A stretch of 63,912 nucleotides of DNA, filler included, from Lama guanicoe (GCA_013239625.1; 213 parts of 213 records of this genome joined end to end with filler, not necessarily neighbours in it); one strand, 5' to 3'. Counted from the first letter of the whole stretch, positions 25,201 through 38,431 are shown. Program-made: numbers and translations. The notes: a model not told the origin generated them from the sequence alone.

Positions 25201-25400
25201 GAGAATGAGAGACCCTGGTGCAGGGGGAAAAGACAGAGGCATGAAGACCACTGAAGAGGCTATGACAAAATTCAGGCAAAATTTGACAATTGCTTGGACT
25301 GGGATGTTAAAAGCGAAGTAGTCAGAAGTGGTCCAATTCTAGATAAACGCTGAAAGTAGAGACAACGAATTTGTTGATGAACGGGATGTGGGAGAAAGAG
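25201..25400 (-). mobile_element. LINE-2 fragment
   Basis: gaggctatg...cttggactggg...agaagtggtc...ctagata...gaaagtagag...ttgttgatga...ggatgtggg matches antisense L2. Confidence 0.75.
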
Positions 25401-25800
25401 NNNNNNNNNNNNNNNNNNNNNNNNNNNNNNNNNNNNNNNNNNNNTTAATTAATTAANNNNNNNNNNNNNNNNNNNNNNNNNNNNNNNNNNNNNNNNNNNN
25501 TCAAAATAGAAGTTGGTTCTTTCCCTACCTCTACCAACGTTTACCCCTGGGACCAAAACCCAGACTGACCCACACTTACATCAATCTGTCAGGGAATGTC
25601 AGAGGATGGGAATAAAATCTGTGAAAGTTCTATTGCCATCTTTTTTTTCTATTTAGATTGGCCCTGTCATTTCCAGAGGAGTGACAGTGGGCAAGGCTTT
25701 NNNNNNNNNNNNNNNNNNNNNNNNNNNNNNNNNNNNNNNNNNNNTTAATTAATTAANNNNNNNNNNNNNNNNNNNNNNNNNNNNNNNNNNNNNNNNNNNN

Positions 25801-26600
25801 TATATGGATACATTGTATATATTAAAATGTAAATAGTGTCAGTCTGTACAACTGAAAATGTAGTGACTAGGAGTGCAAGGCCATGTAAAATGCCTGTTTT
25901 TCGGCAGGCTTTTCCTGGGTTTCATTGTTTACAATAATTAAACTAGATGATTATGATGTTGACTATGAATGGTAATTTGTGACTATCTGCCATCTTAATG
26001 NNNNNNNNNNNNNNNNNNNNNNNNNNNNNNNNNNNNNNNNNNNNTTAATTAATTAANNNNNNNNNNNNNNNNNNNNNNNNNNNNNNNNNNNNNNNNNNNN
26101 CAGCCGGTTTTCGCTCCTTCCCCCTGAACTGGGAGTCTGGCTTTTGAGCGGTAAACTCTTTGAAGTCCACGGGAGCTTGACCCACAGAGGGAATTGTGTC
26201 TGAGGAGGTTGCTCTTTGCTTTTTCACTTTTCCCCTCACGTTTTGTGAATATTGAGTGTTGAAGTAATGTATATTCATGCGGCCACTTCTGCTTTGCTTC
26301 NNNNNNNNNNNNNNNNNNNNNNNNNNNNNNNNNNNNNNNNNNNNTTAATTAATTAANNNNNNNNNNNNNNNNNNNNNNNNNNNNNNNNNNNNNNNNNNNN
26401 TATATGGATACATTGTATATATTAAAATGTAAATAGTGTCAGTCTGTACGACTGAAAATGTAGTGACTAGGAGTGCAAGGCCATGTAAAGTGCCTGTTTT
26501 TCGGCAGGCTTTTCCTGGGTTTCATTATTTACAATAATTAAACTAGATGAGTATGATGTTGACTATGAATGGTAATTTGTGACTATCTGCCATCTTAATG
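25801..26600 (+). repeat. Near-identical contig pair 25801-26000 / 26401-26600 (assembly bubble)
   Basis: 4 substitutions, at fragment positions 50, 90, 127 and 151. Confidence 0.95.
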
Positions 26601-27600
26601 NNNNNNNNNNNNNNNNNNNNNNNNNNNNNNNNNNNNNNNNNNNNTTAATTAATTAANNNNNNNNNNNNNNNNNNNNNNNNNNNNNNNNNNNNNNNNNNNN
26701 CAGATGCTGCCTGACTCCTTTTGAATTCACTCCTCTTTCAGGGATCGGCAATTAGGTAACCTCTCTGACTCAGTTTTTATGATTAAGGTAAATCAGAAAA
26801 TTAGTGACAAATTGGCTGCAGAAAAGGCTTGAGATTATGGTCTGTCAAGACGTAGTTATTATATTCAGTATCTCTTAGCATGTCTCCTCAAGACTTGGGC
26901 NNNNNNNNNNNNNNNNNNNNNNNNNNNNNNNNNNNNNNNNNNNNTTAATTAATTAANNNNNNNNNNNNNNNNNNNNNNNNNNNNNNNNNNNNNNNNNNNN
27001 AGGGCTCTGCCACAAAAGCCTTCAGCTATACAGGGCAAAAATCTGCACGTTCTCCTCTGACGCAGTGTCGCTGGCACGTTCTTTCTTTCCCAGATCAAGA
27101 AGGCACTCCTTTGCAAACAGACAAGCTCACTTAGCGAACCACCTTTACCACAGATGCTTGAGAAAAAGACCAGATTCCTCCAACCACACTATCCTTTACA
27201 NNNNNNNNNNNNNNNNNNNNNNNNNNNNNNNNNNNNNNNNNNNNTTAATTAATTAANNNNNNNNNNNNNNNNNNNNNNNNNNNNNNNNNNNNNNNNNNNN
27301 AAAAACAGTTACAAAACCCCACATCTCAGCAAGAAGGTCTCTGTGTGTGTTTACACCTGAATCACTGGGCTGATTTTTGATTCCACAATGCTGATCCCTA
27401 AGGACCCATCTAACACCATCCTCGTCCAAAATGCTTTTCTCACCGGGGAAACCTGGGGCTGGGGGAGCCAAGCAGCACCGCTCGGCCGGAACAGAACAAA
27501 NNNNNNNNNNNNNNNNNNNNNNNNNNNNNNNNNNNNNNNNNNNNTTAATTAATTAANNNNNNNNNNNNNNNNNNNNNNNNNNNNNNNNNNNNNNNNNNNN

Positions 27601-27800
27601 CTTGTCCAAATGTGAGCTCCATTCTCCATCCCCAAGCCTGCTTCTCCAATAGCCTGCCCCCACCCAGACAGTTCCACCTTTTCTGATGTGCTAAAACTTG
27701 TGAGTTTCCCTCAAACCCCACACCCAATCCAACAGCAAACTCTAATGTCTCTAGCTTCAACTGAGATCTGGAATCCAACCTCTTCTCACCCATCCACCAG
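27601..27800 (+). mobile_element. LINE-2 fragment
   Basis: atccaacagcaaactc...ctctagcttcaa...atctggaatccaacctcttctcacc. Confidence 0.65.
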
Positions 27801-29704
27801 NNNNNNNNNNNNNNNNNNNNNNNNNNNNNNNNNNNNNNNNNNNNTTAATTAATTAANNNNNNNNNNNNNNNNNNNNNNNNNNNNNNNNNNNNNNNNNNNN
27901 GTTTAAATCCTTTGCACGTAGGGCTCCACTGCAAGAGCCATCTGGGGGTAGGGTCAGGCCCCCCCTAAGACTCCCAGGGGCCTGAAGCAGATGGCTTCTC
28001 TCAGAATGAAATTATCCACCCGCCCAGAGCCCTAGACAGGCCCTCACTGCAACAGTCGTCTTCTGTCTTCCTTGCCCTGGAGAGGGAGCAGAAGGAAGAG
28101 NNNNNNNNNNNNNNNNNNNNNNNNNNNNNNNNNNNNNNNNNNNNTTAATTAATTAANNNNNNNNNNNNNNNNNNNNNNNNNNNNNNNNNNNNNNNNNNNN
28201 GCTCAGAGTCAACAAGTCAACCTGGTCATCTGACTCAGAACCTGCGCCATTGATCTCTGTGGCCTTCACTGTGGCCATGGTTTGCCAATTGGTTAAAGAC
28301 TTTGGGAGGAGTCTGCTCGCTTCGTCTTTCCCTGAAGAACAGGGTGGACTGGAATCTGGAACAATTGGAGTTGTATTCTCAAGTGAGCAGGAACAGAAGT
28401 NNNNNNNNNNNNNNNNNNNNNNNNNNNNNNNNNNNNNNNNNNNNTTAATTAATTAANNNNNNNNNNNNNNNNNNNNNNNNNNNNNNNNNNNNNNNNNNNN
28501 AACCAAGCAGGGTCTTGTTTCTCTTACTTTAGCGGTTACTCCTGAAACAGCTTAGAAAGTGAAGTGACCTGACTCCTCTAACCCCATTATCTGGTACCCT
28601 TCCCTTCTCCTGTCCTGTGGTCGCTGGTGCCATGGAATGACTAGCGGCCTCGTAGGTTTGTTCATTCACTCACCAGCATCTCTGGACCCTTGCTCTTCCT
28701 TNNNNNNNNNNNNNNNNNNNNNNNNNNNNNNNNNNNNNNNNNNNNTTAATTAATTAANNNNNNNNNNNNNNNNNNNNNNNNNNNNNNNNNNNNNNNNNNN
28801 NTCGGCCTTGCAAGTAATAAAGCTTTATTTTTTCAAAGTTCCCTGATAGTAGTTGCTGAAGTACATCTTGCAAACATAACAAGAACCACAATGGCCGGTC
28901 CAACCGCAGCGTGGGTTATTAAGAGGCCAAGACCACACAAAACAGTAGCAGCAATGCTCAGTACTGTTCATAATGTAAGCCGACCATGAGACACGCCCTA
29001 GGNNNNNNNNNNNNNNNNNNNNNNNNNNNNNNNNNNNNNNNNNNNNTTAATTAATTAANNNNNNNNNNNNNNNNNNNNNNNNNNNNNNNNNNNNNNNNNN
29101 NNACAAAGTATGATATGAACAGCGTAAGTGGCTGACTGCCATGAGGACTTTGTACTAAGTTAACTCATTACCATCATCAGCTGGTGTCAAGTAGGGTTTT
29201 TCATTTAACAAAGGGCAATGGACAGCAGACTTCTTGCAGCATTCATAGATATCCTCATAATACTTCTAGAAAAGGAAAATCTAATTTCATTGTAAAATCA
29301 CTTNNNNNNNNNNNNNNNNNNNNNNNNNNNNNNNNNNNNNNNNNNNNTTAATTAATTAANNNNNNNNNNNNNNNNNNNNNNNNNNNNNNNNNNNNNNNNN
29401 NNNAGCACCAAGGGAGAGTGTTAAAAGTAATACAATTGCTCTTATTTCTGAGGGTGTTCCATAGGGTCTGTTTGAAATTCCTGCAGGTTTCAGTGTAAAA
29501 CCGAGTTGGTGCTACTACCTCCACATATATATGTACGTATTGTACTTAACTAATTAAAAGATGATTCGTGTTCACAACATGCTAGTTGAAGGACTTCATT
29601 CCCANNNNNNNNNNNNNNNNNNNNNNNNNNNNNNNNNNNNNNNNNNNNTTAATTAATTAANNNNNNNNNNNNNNNNNNNNNNNNNNNNNNNNNNNNNNNN
29701 NNNN

Positions 29705-30206
29705 GTATGCACACGTGGACCAAGTCAGGTCCTCTACACTGTGCTCCCAATGCGCTGATTCCCTATTTCTGTCATACTTACTGCAGGTAGTCTGCGTTTT
29801 CTTTTTCATGTTTGTATCTCTAGTGCTTAGGTTATAACAGTTAACTAGGCGTAAAAGAATATTATGGAAGCCTTGAAGAGGAGCCACACATCAGTTAATT
29901 GTCAANNNNNNNNNNNNNNNNNNNNNNNNNNNNNNNNNNNNNNNNNNNNTTAATTAATTAANNNNNNNNNNNNNNNNNNNNNNNNNNNNNNNNNNNNNNN
30001 NNNNNGTATGCACACGTGGACCAAGTCAGGTCCTCTACACTGTGCTCCCAATGCACTGATTCCCTATTTCTGTCATACTTACTGCAGGTAGTCTGCATTT
30101 TCTTTTTCATGTTTGTATCTCTGGTGCTTAGGTTATAACAGTTAACTAGGCGTAAATGAATATTATGGAAGCCTTGAAGAGGAGCCACACATCAGTTAAT
30201 TGTCAA
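29705..30206 (+). repeat. Near-identical contig pair 29705-29905 / 30006-30206 (assembly bubble)
   Basis: 4 substitutions; first at position 50, last at 152 of 201. Confidence 0.95.
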
Positions 30207-30607
30207 NNNNNNNNNNNNNNNNNNNNNNNNNNNNNNNNNNNNNNNNNNNNTTAATTAATTAANNNNNNNNNNNNNNNNNNNNNNNNNNNNNNNNNNNNNN
30301 NNNNNNTTTCGTGTAAGCTCTGTCCTAACAATCTGCTGCCAGAGGAATGAGGTCCTTTGTCAAGTCCAGGTCAGACTTGCTCAATGCCTTCCACTGCCAG
30401 CAGGGAGAGTCAGTGAGCAGTAGGGCGCCCCGGCCAAGTGGGTTGTGTTCATGGATGCCAGCTACCAGGTAGGTAGGGAATATTCCAGGTGCAGAATAAG
30501 ACCCAGANNNNNNNNNNNNNNNNNNNNNNNNNNNNNNNNNNNNNNNNNNNNTTAATTAATTAANNNNNNNNNNNNNNNNNNNNNNNNNNNNNNNNNNNNN
30601 NNNNNNN

Positions 30608-31109
30608 ACATCGGGTGCTGCTGTCCAGGGGGCCTGAATCGGTGCCCAGGTGTGAGTGCCTGAGGGCAGCCATCAGACACAGGGTGCCTGGATATAGTAA
30701 CATCTGCACAGGCCAAGGGCACGTGCACCCCGCCATGTACAAAGTCATCACACGCCACGGCAAGTCCTCGACACACAGGCTAAGCAAGTGCAATGTGTTA
30801 TCTTTTCANNNNNNNNNNNNNNNNNNNNNNNNNNNNNNNNNNNNNNNNNNNNTTAATTAATTAANNNNNNNNNNNNNNNNNNNNNNNNNNNNNNNNNNNN
30901 NNNNNNNNACATCGGGTGCTGCTGTCCAGGGGGCCTGAATCGGTGCCCAGGTGTGAGGGCCTGAGGGCAGCCATCAGACACAGGGTGCCTGGATACAGTA
31001 ACATCTGCACAGGCCAAGGGCACGTGCATCTCGCCATGTACAAAGTCACCACACGCCACAGCAAGTCCTCGACACACAGGCTAAGCAAGTGCAATGTGTT
31101 ATCTTTTCA
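30608..31109 (+). repeat. Near-identical contig pair 30608-30808 / 30909-31109 (assembly bubble)
   Basis: 6 substitutions; first at position 50, last at 152 of 201. Confidence 0.95.
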
Positions 31110-31209
31110 NNNNNNNNNNNNNNNNNNNNNNNNNNNNNNNNNNNNNNNNNNNNTTAATTAATTAANNNNNNNNNNNNNNNNNNNNNNNNNNNNNNNNNNN
31201 NNNNNNNNN

Positions 31210-31409
31210 AGTTGATTGACAATGTTGTGTTAGTTTCTGGTGTACAGCAAAGTGATTCTGTTTTATGTATATTTACATATATATATTTTTATATTCTTTT
31301 CCATTATGATGTATTACAAGATTATGAACATAGTTCCCTGTGCTATAGAGTAGGACTTTGTTATTTCATCTATTTACTTTTTTTGTCTGCTTTTTTTAAA
31401 TTGAAGCAT
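31210..31409 (-). mobile_element. L1 extreme 3' end
   Basis: agttgattgacaatgttgtgttagtttctggtgtacagcaaagtgattc...tagttccctgtgctata. Confidence 0.88.
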
Positions 31410-33916
31410 NNNNNNNNNNNNNNNNNNNNNNNNNNNNNNNNNNNNNNNNNNNNTTAATTAATTAANNNNNNNNNNNNNNNNNNNNNNNNNNNNNNNNNNN
31501 NNNNNNNNNGCAGATATTGTGCTAAGTATTTAGGAAAATCAGAAAAATGAAATAACTTGTTTGCCTTCACAGAGCTGAGAGGCTGATGATCCGGCACTTG
31601 GTGTAATGGGAGGTTTGCACTAGAAAGCCTGAAAAAAAATTACACAGAGAAAAACATCTTTTTTTTCCCCCAAAATAGTCTGTTAAGTGCTCAAACCCAA
31701 ACAAACCAACNNNNNNNNNNNNNNNNNNNNNNNNNNNNNNNNNNNNNNNNNNNNTTAATTAATTAANNNNNNNNNNNNNNNNNNNNNNNNNNNNNNNNNN
31801 NNNNNNNNNNTGGAAACGACATTTCTCAGAGGCCCTTGTCATCGGGATTCCCGTTAGACGCCCACCCATCAGAGGCACTTCCGCGACATGTGAAAGAGAG
31901 AAGCCCAGGGGCAGCTCCGCGAGCAGGGCCCACACTTTCACGACTCCATTCCTCCTGGTCCCTCTGCCTAGAGTGCTGGGCTCTACTCTGTTCTTCCTTT
32001 GCCTGTCCAAANNNNNNNNNNNNNNNNNNNNNNNNNNNNNNNNNNNNNNNNNNNNTTAATTAATTAANNNNNNNNNNNNNNNNNNNNNNNNNNNNNNNNN
32101 NNNNNNNNNNNCTTCTCTAGGATATCCTTATACTGGTCGATTTTCTGTGCTATATCTTCTGAAGTTCTTTGATTTATGGGGCATTTTTATCAATGTGTAT
32201 ATGTTGCTTTTCATGATTGCTTATAGTTTGTCTTTAAGTTTATAATCAAGATTTGCCTTATTCTTTTGACTTCAAACACAATGAGCCATAGCTTAGAAGT
32301 CAGAAGCCCGAANNNNNNNNNNNNNNNNNNNNNNNNNNNNNNNNNNNNNNNNNNNNTTAATTAATTAANNNNNNNNNNNNNNNNNNNNNNNNNNNNNNNN
32401 NNNNNNNNNNNNCCTGCGGGCGTGGGCCCCCCGGACGGACAGTGTCTTCCCATCTTGACCGTCCACAAAGCTGGCGCCCAAAACGGGACCCCGTGACCCG
32501 TGTGTCAGCCCCTCAGCCAGGGGCAGCCTCCGACCGTGGGTGTCCCGTGGCATCCCCGCCCAAGCCGTGACGTCCCCCCAGCAGAGAAGGGCACTTTCAG
32601 AGGACGGGGGCAGNNNNNNNNNNNNNNNNNNNNNNNNNNNNNNNNNNNNNNNNNNNNTTAATTAATTAANNNNNNNNNNNNNNNNNNNNNNNNNNNNNNN
32701 NNNNNNNNNNNNNTTTTCTTCCCCACTAACCTGAATGCTGCCGGGGAGGTTACAGGATGGCCACTGTTCCCTTCCTTTCCTTGCGTCTCTAGGCTTCTGC
32801 CTCTTCAGTGAAACGCATCAGACTCAGGTGGAGGTAAATTATCTGTTGGTGGCCTGCCTGGCCGGCCCACTTACTTTAGTGACTCCGTTGTGATTTTGCT
32901 TTGAAAAATTGATNNNNNNNNNNNNNNNNNNNNNNNNNNNNNNNNNNNNNNNNNNNNTTAATTAATTAANNNNNNNNNNNNNNNNNNNNNNNNNNNNNNN
33001 NNNNNNNNNNNNNTTTTTTTTTTTGTCTCCCTCTTTATGTTGATTTTCAAAATTTCTGACATGTATCTATTACTGCGTTGTGATAGGGTTGGTGATCTCT
33101 TTTGGACAACCCTGAACTTCTCTTACTTTATTAACATTAAAGCAGCAAGAGGATGCTGATTCAATTAGACCATGTTGTAGATGAAGCCAGTTAAGACTCA
33201 GACAGATGGGAGTGNNNNNNNNNNNNNNNNNNNNNNNNNNNNNNNNNNNNNNNNNNNNTTAATTAATTAANNNNNNNNNNNNNNNNNNNNNNNNNNNNNN
33301 NNNNNNNNNNNNNNTCCTGGACACACAGTTTTGATTCTGAACTTATTTTGATAACTTATGTTTTTATACAGTGAAAGTGAAATTCAGCCAAAGTGATGAA
33401 AAACACCTAGTGTTTATGTATGCAACCTAGGTGTTTTGGGAGAAAACCTTGTCATAGGCAAGGAACAATTTTAAGATGCTTCTGCTAGAATTGCTGCCTG
33501 GAGGTAAACACTCACNNNNNNNNNNNNNNNNNNNNNNNNNNNNNNNNNNNNNNNNNNNNTTAATTAATTAANNNNNNNNNNNNNNNNNNNNNNNNNNNNN
33601 NNNNNNNNNNNNNNNCAAATTCATAGGCTTTTTTTGTTTGTTGGTCTGTTTCTAAAGAGAAAATCTAAACTATGTGATCAAGATATTTTCCTTTGTTCCT
33701 TAGCTGCCAGGAAACTCAAGGGCAAATGTAATTTTCAGCAAAGGTAATTCATTCATCTCAATTACCCAGTAACATCCATGGCTTTTAGGAGGCCTCTGTT
33801 AAGTTTTTACCCTTGANNNNNNNNNNNNNNNNNNNNNNNNNNNNNNNNNNNNNNNNNNNNTTAATTAATTAANNNNNNNNNNNNNNNNNNNNNNNNNNNN
33901 NNNNNNNNNNNNNNNN

Positions 33917-34112
33917 TGCGTCACTGAGTCTCCACGGGCTCGTCCTGGGCAAGAATAAAATAGTCAATGAGCCCTTGGATATGAAGATCTGGGATAAAAT
34001 TATAGTTAAAGATTTTCCTGATGAAACAGAAGAAGGGATACACATTATTAGAGGCATTTTACTTACCAAGCATTAAGAGTACCACAGTCACTAAGCCTGG
34101 AGAAGAGTTCAT
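33917..34112 (-). CDS. TRAV9: T-cell receptor alpha V gene, TRAV9 subgroup: leader exon 34112-34067, intron 34066-33945, V-exon start 33944-33917 (partial)
   Basis: ATG at 34112; 46-nt leader exon MNSSPGLVTVVLLML-G; GTAAGT donor; 122-nt intron ending tttattcttgcccAG; then GRARGDSVTQ. Recalled human TRAV9-2: MNYSPGLVSLILLLLGRTRGDSVTQ. Confidence 0.92.
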
Positions 34113-34518
34113 CTCTANNNNNNNNNNNNNNNNNNNNNNNNNNNNNNNNNNNNNNNNNNNNTTAATTAATTAANNNNNNNNNNNNNNNNNNNNNNNNNNN
34201 NNNNNNNNNNNNNNNNNTTATGGGGGACCGAGGTTGTTCTGCTCTGTATCCCCTCCCAGCCATGGCGCGCAGCCCCCTGCAGTCCCCCCAGGGCCGCCTC
34301 AGTGCAGCCGCCCCAGTCCTCCGCCTGGCTCGGGTGGCCTGTCCAGGCCCCAGCTACCGGCTCGCGTCTTGGGCTGGGTGTCGCGGGGACCCTTTGTGCC
34401 CGATTAACTCAGTTCTGTNNNNNNNNNNNNNNNNNNNNNNNNNNNNNNNNNNNNNNNNNNNNTTAATTAATTAANNNNNNNNNNNNNNNNNNNNNNNNNN
34501 NNNNNNNNNNNNNNNNNN

Positions 34519-34719
34519 GAAGTGAACTGCTGAGTCATGCACTGTGCACGTATCCAGCTGCAGCCATGACTGCCAAACAGCTCTTCAAAGTGCTTAAAGC
34601 AGCTTAAACTCCCACCAACAGGAGGTGAGGGCTCTGGTCGTCTCATGTCCTTGCAACGCTTGGCATTCCATCTGTCCTTTTCATCTAGCTATTCTAGTGG
34701 GTGTATAGTGAATGCTCAT
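34519..34719 (-). mobile_element. L1M 3' fragment
   Basis: gaagtgaactgctgagtcat...tgccaaacag...ctcccaccaaca...tattctagtgggtgtatagtg. Confidence 0.78.
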
Positions 34720-35722
34720 NNNNNNNNNNNNNNNNNNNNNNNNNNNNNNNNNNNNNNNNNNNNTTAATTAATTAANNNNNNNNNNNNNNNNNNNNNNNNN
34801 NNNNNNNNNNNNNNNNNNNAGATATGAGATTAGGAAGCTGATCCTTGAGTTTCTTCATAAATAATTCCTTTTACTTAAGGGAATTTTCAGAAAAACTTTA
34901 ATTCAGAAAAATAGTGCCAATTCAAGTTCCAAGTTAGTACACTTTAGCTCCAAGTCTTCTGAAATACAGCAAATGCATGTGTTCACTTACTCCACAATTA
35001 TTTCCTGACAGGTATTGTGCNNNNNNNNNNNNNNNNNNNNNNNNNNNNNNNNNNNNNNNNNNNNTTAATTAATTAANNNNNNNNNNNNNNNNNNNNNNNN
35101 NNNNNNNNNNNNNNNNNNNNTAAATGGCCAACATTCACTATTAACAGCCAGTACTGAGATGTTTCAAAGATGGTGGTGATGATGATGATAATAAACATGC
35201 ACTGAATAAGGATACCAATTTAAAAGCATCCAAGGTGGTACGTTCACACACACAGACACAGACACACACACATACAACAGACCAGGGTATATTTAACTCC
35301 TGTATAGCATTGAGGGTTGTTNNNNNNNNNNNNNNNNNNNNNNNNNNNNNNNNNNNNNNNNNNNNTTAATTAATTAANNNNNNNNNNNNNNNNNNNNNNN
35401 NNNNNNNNNNNNNNNNNNNNNTCAAAAATCACCTCCTCCATGAAGGCTTCACTGTCTCCTGGAGGCAGAAACAAATACACTCTCCTTTGAAACCAACTCA
35501 GAAAACATTTCATGAATGACTGAGTAGGGAACGGGGTGAGAGGAGCCTCTATGGCCAGACATGACTCCTCTGTCATCTTTTGCTTTGTTAAGGACTCTCA
35601 GACTGTGTAAAACCCATAGCTCNNNNNNNNNNNNNNNNNNNNNNNNNNNNNNNNNNNNNNNNNNNNTTAATTAATTAANNNNNNNNNNNNNNNNNNNNNN
35701 NNNNNNNNNNNNNNNNNNNNNN

Positions 35723-35923
35723 GCACTGTTTGCAATAGCTGAGACCCAGAATGAACCCAAGGGCCCATGAGTGGACGATGGACCTAAAAAGATGCGTTGC
35801 ATAAATATACCATAGAATATTACTCAGCCATAAAGAAGGATGACATATTGTCATTTGAGGCCACATGGATGGATCTAGAGTCCATCAAACTACATGAAGG
35901 AAGTCAGACTGAGAAAGATAAAT
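35723..35923 (+). mobile_element. L1 ORF2 end/3' UTR
   Basis: gcactgtttgcaatagc...tagaatattactcagccataaagaag...acatggatggatctagag. Confidence 0.9.
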
Positions 35924-36324
35924 NNNNNNNNNNNNNNNNNNNNNNNNNNNNNNNNNNNNNNNNNNNNTTAATTAATTAANNNNNNNNNNNNNNNNNNNNN
36001 NNNNNNNNNNNNNNNNNNNNNNNGTCACTTCTGCTCCTGCAGCCAGCGGGCGGCGCAGCTGGGGCTGACTCACATGTCTGTTGCTTGGCGCTGGCTCTAG
36101 GCGGATCCCCATCTCTTCAGAAAGCAAGCCCAGCTGCCTTCATATGGTGGAGGAAGAGTTCCAAACAGCAAGACACTTTTCATGAGTCCATGTAGGGGAG
36201 GACTGCACGAAGGACCACAAGGACNNNNNNNNNNNNNNNNNNNNNNNNNNNNNNNNNNNNNNNNNNNNTTAATTAATTAANNNNNNNNNNNNNNNNNNNN
36301 NNNNNNNNNNNNNNNNNNNNNNNN

Positions 36325-36449
36325 AGATTACAATGATTTGCTTTTTGAATATTGAACTAGCCTTGCTTCTCTGGAATAGCCCTCCTTGGTCATAGTGTAT
36401 AATACTTTTTATATATTGCTGAATTCTATTTGCTAGTATTAAGAATTTT
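36325..36449 (-). mobile_element. L1 ORF2 fragment
   Basis: attgaactagccttg...cttggtcatagtgtataat...tattgctgaattctatttgctagtatt. Confidence 0.8.
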
Positions 36450-36525
36450 GGGGGGGGGAGGTGTAGCTCAGTGGTGGAGCACGTGTCTGGCATGCACAAA
36501 GTCCTGGGTTCAATCCCCAGCATCT
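36450..36525 (+). mobile_element. Vic-1-type SINE 5' part, inserted in L1
   Basis: ggggaggtgtagctcagtggtggagc...gtcctgggttcaatccccagc (A and B boxes). Confidence 0.9.
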
Positions 36526-37249
36526 NNNNNNNNNNNNNNNNNNNNNNNNNNNNNNNNNNNNNNNNNNNNTTAATTAATTAANNNNNNNNNNNNNNNNNNN
36601 NNNNNNNNNNNNNNNNNNNNNNNNNTCCAAGCTGGAATCCCTCTGTGGTCGGACAACTGAGGCCCAAGACTGGGTGGAGGACGTGGGGGGGGTGGTCTGG
36701 GTGAGTGTCTGAAGATGACCTCTCACCCTGAGATGCGATGCCTTTCTGAGGCTCATTCCCACCAAGGAGAAACTGCGCTCCTGGAGGGAACGAGGGGACA
36801 GCCCAGTGGGGGACGTGGGTGTTCCANNNNNNNNNNNNNNNNNNNNNNNNNNNNNNNNNNNNNNNNNNNNTTAATTAATTAANNNNNNNNNNNNNNNNNN
36901 NNNNNNNNNNNNNNNNNNNNNNNNNNGGGCTTTTTTCTCTTTTTGTTTATCTTTTTTCCTAAATTAATAATTTATTATTTGTACAATGAAAAAAATACAA
37001 ATGTAAAATCACCCTCCATCCCCTTTTAAGTAGCCCATTATGGCTACAAGCTATAGAAATCTTCACAACACAGAAGTGCATTTTCTCACAAAACAGGAAA
37101 CCCAGAGGTGAGGTGGGTTCTCCTCCTNNNNNNNNNNNNNNNNNNNNNNNNNNNNNNNNNNNNNNNNNNNNTTAATTAATTAANNNNNNNNNNNNNNNNN
37201 NNNNNNNNNNNNNNNNNNNNNNNNNNNAAGACGGAAAGACCCAGACACT

Positions 37250-37400
37250 AAAAACTCTAAAATATTACTGAGAAAAGCAAGGAAGACCTATATAAACGGA
37301 GAAATAAACTTTGTTCGGGGTTAAAAACTCCATATTGTTAAGAGGTCAAGTCTCCCCAAGTTAATCTACAGATTCAACATTATCTACATCTAATCTCCAG
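37250..37400 (+). mobile_element. L1 ORF2 fragment
   Basis: gaagacctatataaacggaga...atattgttaagaggtc...ctccccaagttaatctacagattcaa. Confidence 0.8.
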
Positions 37401-38130
37401 GACACAACAGACTTTTTTTTTTTTTTTTNNNNNNNNNNNNNNNNNNNNNNNNNNNNNNNNNNNNNNNNNNNNTTAATTAATTAANNNNNNNNNNNNNNNN
37501 NNNNNNNNNNNNNNNNNNNNNNNNNNNNTATGATTCTGTTAATCCCTATAATGTCCAAGAAACAGGCAAAAATCTACTGATAGTGATGGATACCAGGAGA
37601 GCAGGTACCCTGGGGACTGGGAGAGGTTTCCGAGGGGCTTCCAGGGAGCAGACAGCGCTCTGCTTCTTGTCGTGGTGCTCACATGAATGTGTGAGTGGGT
37701 TCACGCTGTGAAATTTGGGCTGTACATTTNNNNNNNNNNNNNNNNNNNNNNNNNNNNNNNNNNNNNNNNNNNNTTAATTAATTAANNNNNNNNNNNNNNN
37801 NNNNNNNNNNNNNNNNNNNNNNNNNNNNNCATGGATTTTCTCCTTAAGGTGTATAAAATCAAAAGTAGGTTACATAGACACTAATAAAGTGAATTGAATG
37901 TGATCAATGGAAAAGTGTTGCTATGTAGAGGGTATCATGAGAGATAAAAGAGAATTTAGCCCAAATTTGAGTCCAAAGTCGGCTTCCAGCTGAAATATTT
38001 GGTATTTGCCTTGAATTTCTAATATTTCAGNNNNNNNNNNNNNNNNNNNNNNNNNNNNNNNNNNNNNNNNNNNNTTAATTAATTAANNNNNNNNNNNNNN
38101 NNNNNNNNNNNNNNNNNNNNNNNNNNNNNN

Positions 38131-38331
38131 ATTACTGTGCAACTGTCGCCACCATTCGGAACTTTTTTTGTCTTCCCAAACTGAAACTCGCTACCCATTG
38201 AACAATGACTCGCTGTTTTCCTCCCTCATCCCCAGCCCCTGGCAACCACCATTCTACTTTTTATCTCTATGAACTTGACTATTTTAGGAATCTCATATAA
38301 GTGGAATCATACACACTATTTACACTTTTGT
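38131..38331 (-). mobile_element. L1M 3' UTR
   Basis: ccccagcccctggcaaccaccattctacttt...tctcatataagtggaatcatac. Confidence 0.88.
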
Positions 38332-38431
38332 NNNNNNNNNNNNNNNNNNNNNNNNNNNNNNNNNNNNNNNNNNNNTTAATTAATTAANNNNNNNNNNNNN
38401 NNNNNNNNNNNNNNNNNNNNNNNNNNNNNNN

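Noticed and set aside
33918..34076. Plus-strand open frame ASLSLHGLVLGKNKIV...
   Set aside because: It overlaps the intron and exons of the TRAV9 gene on the minus strand, which explains the sequence far better.
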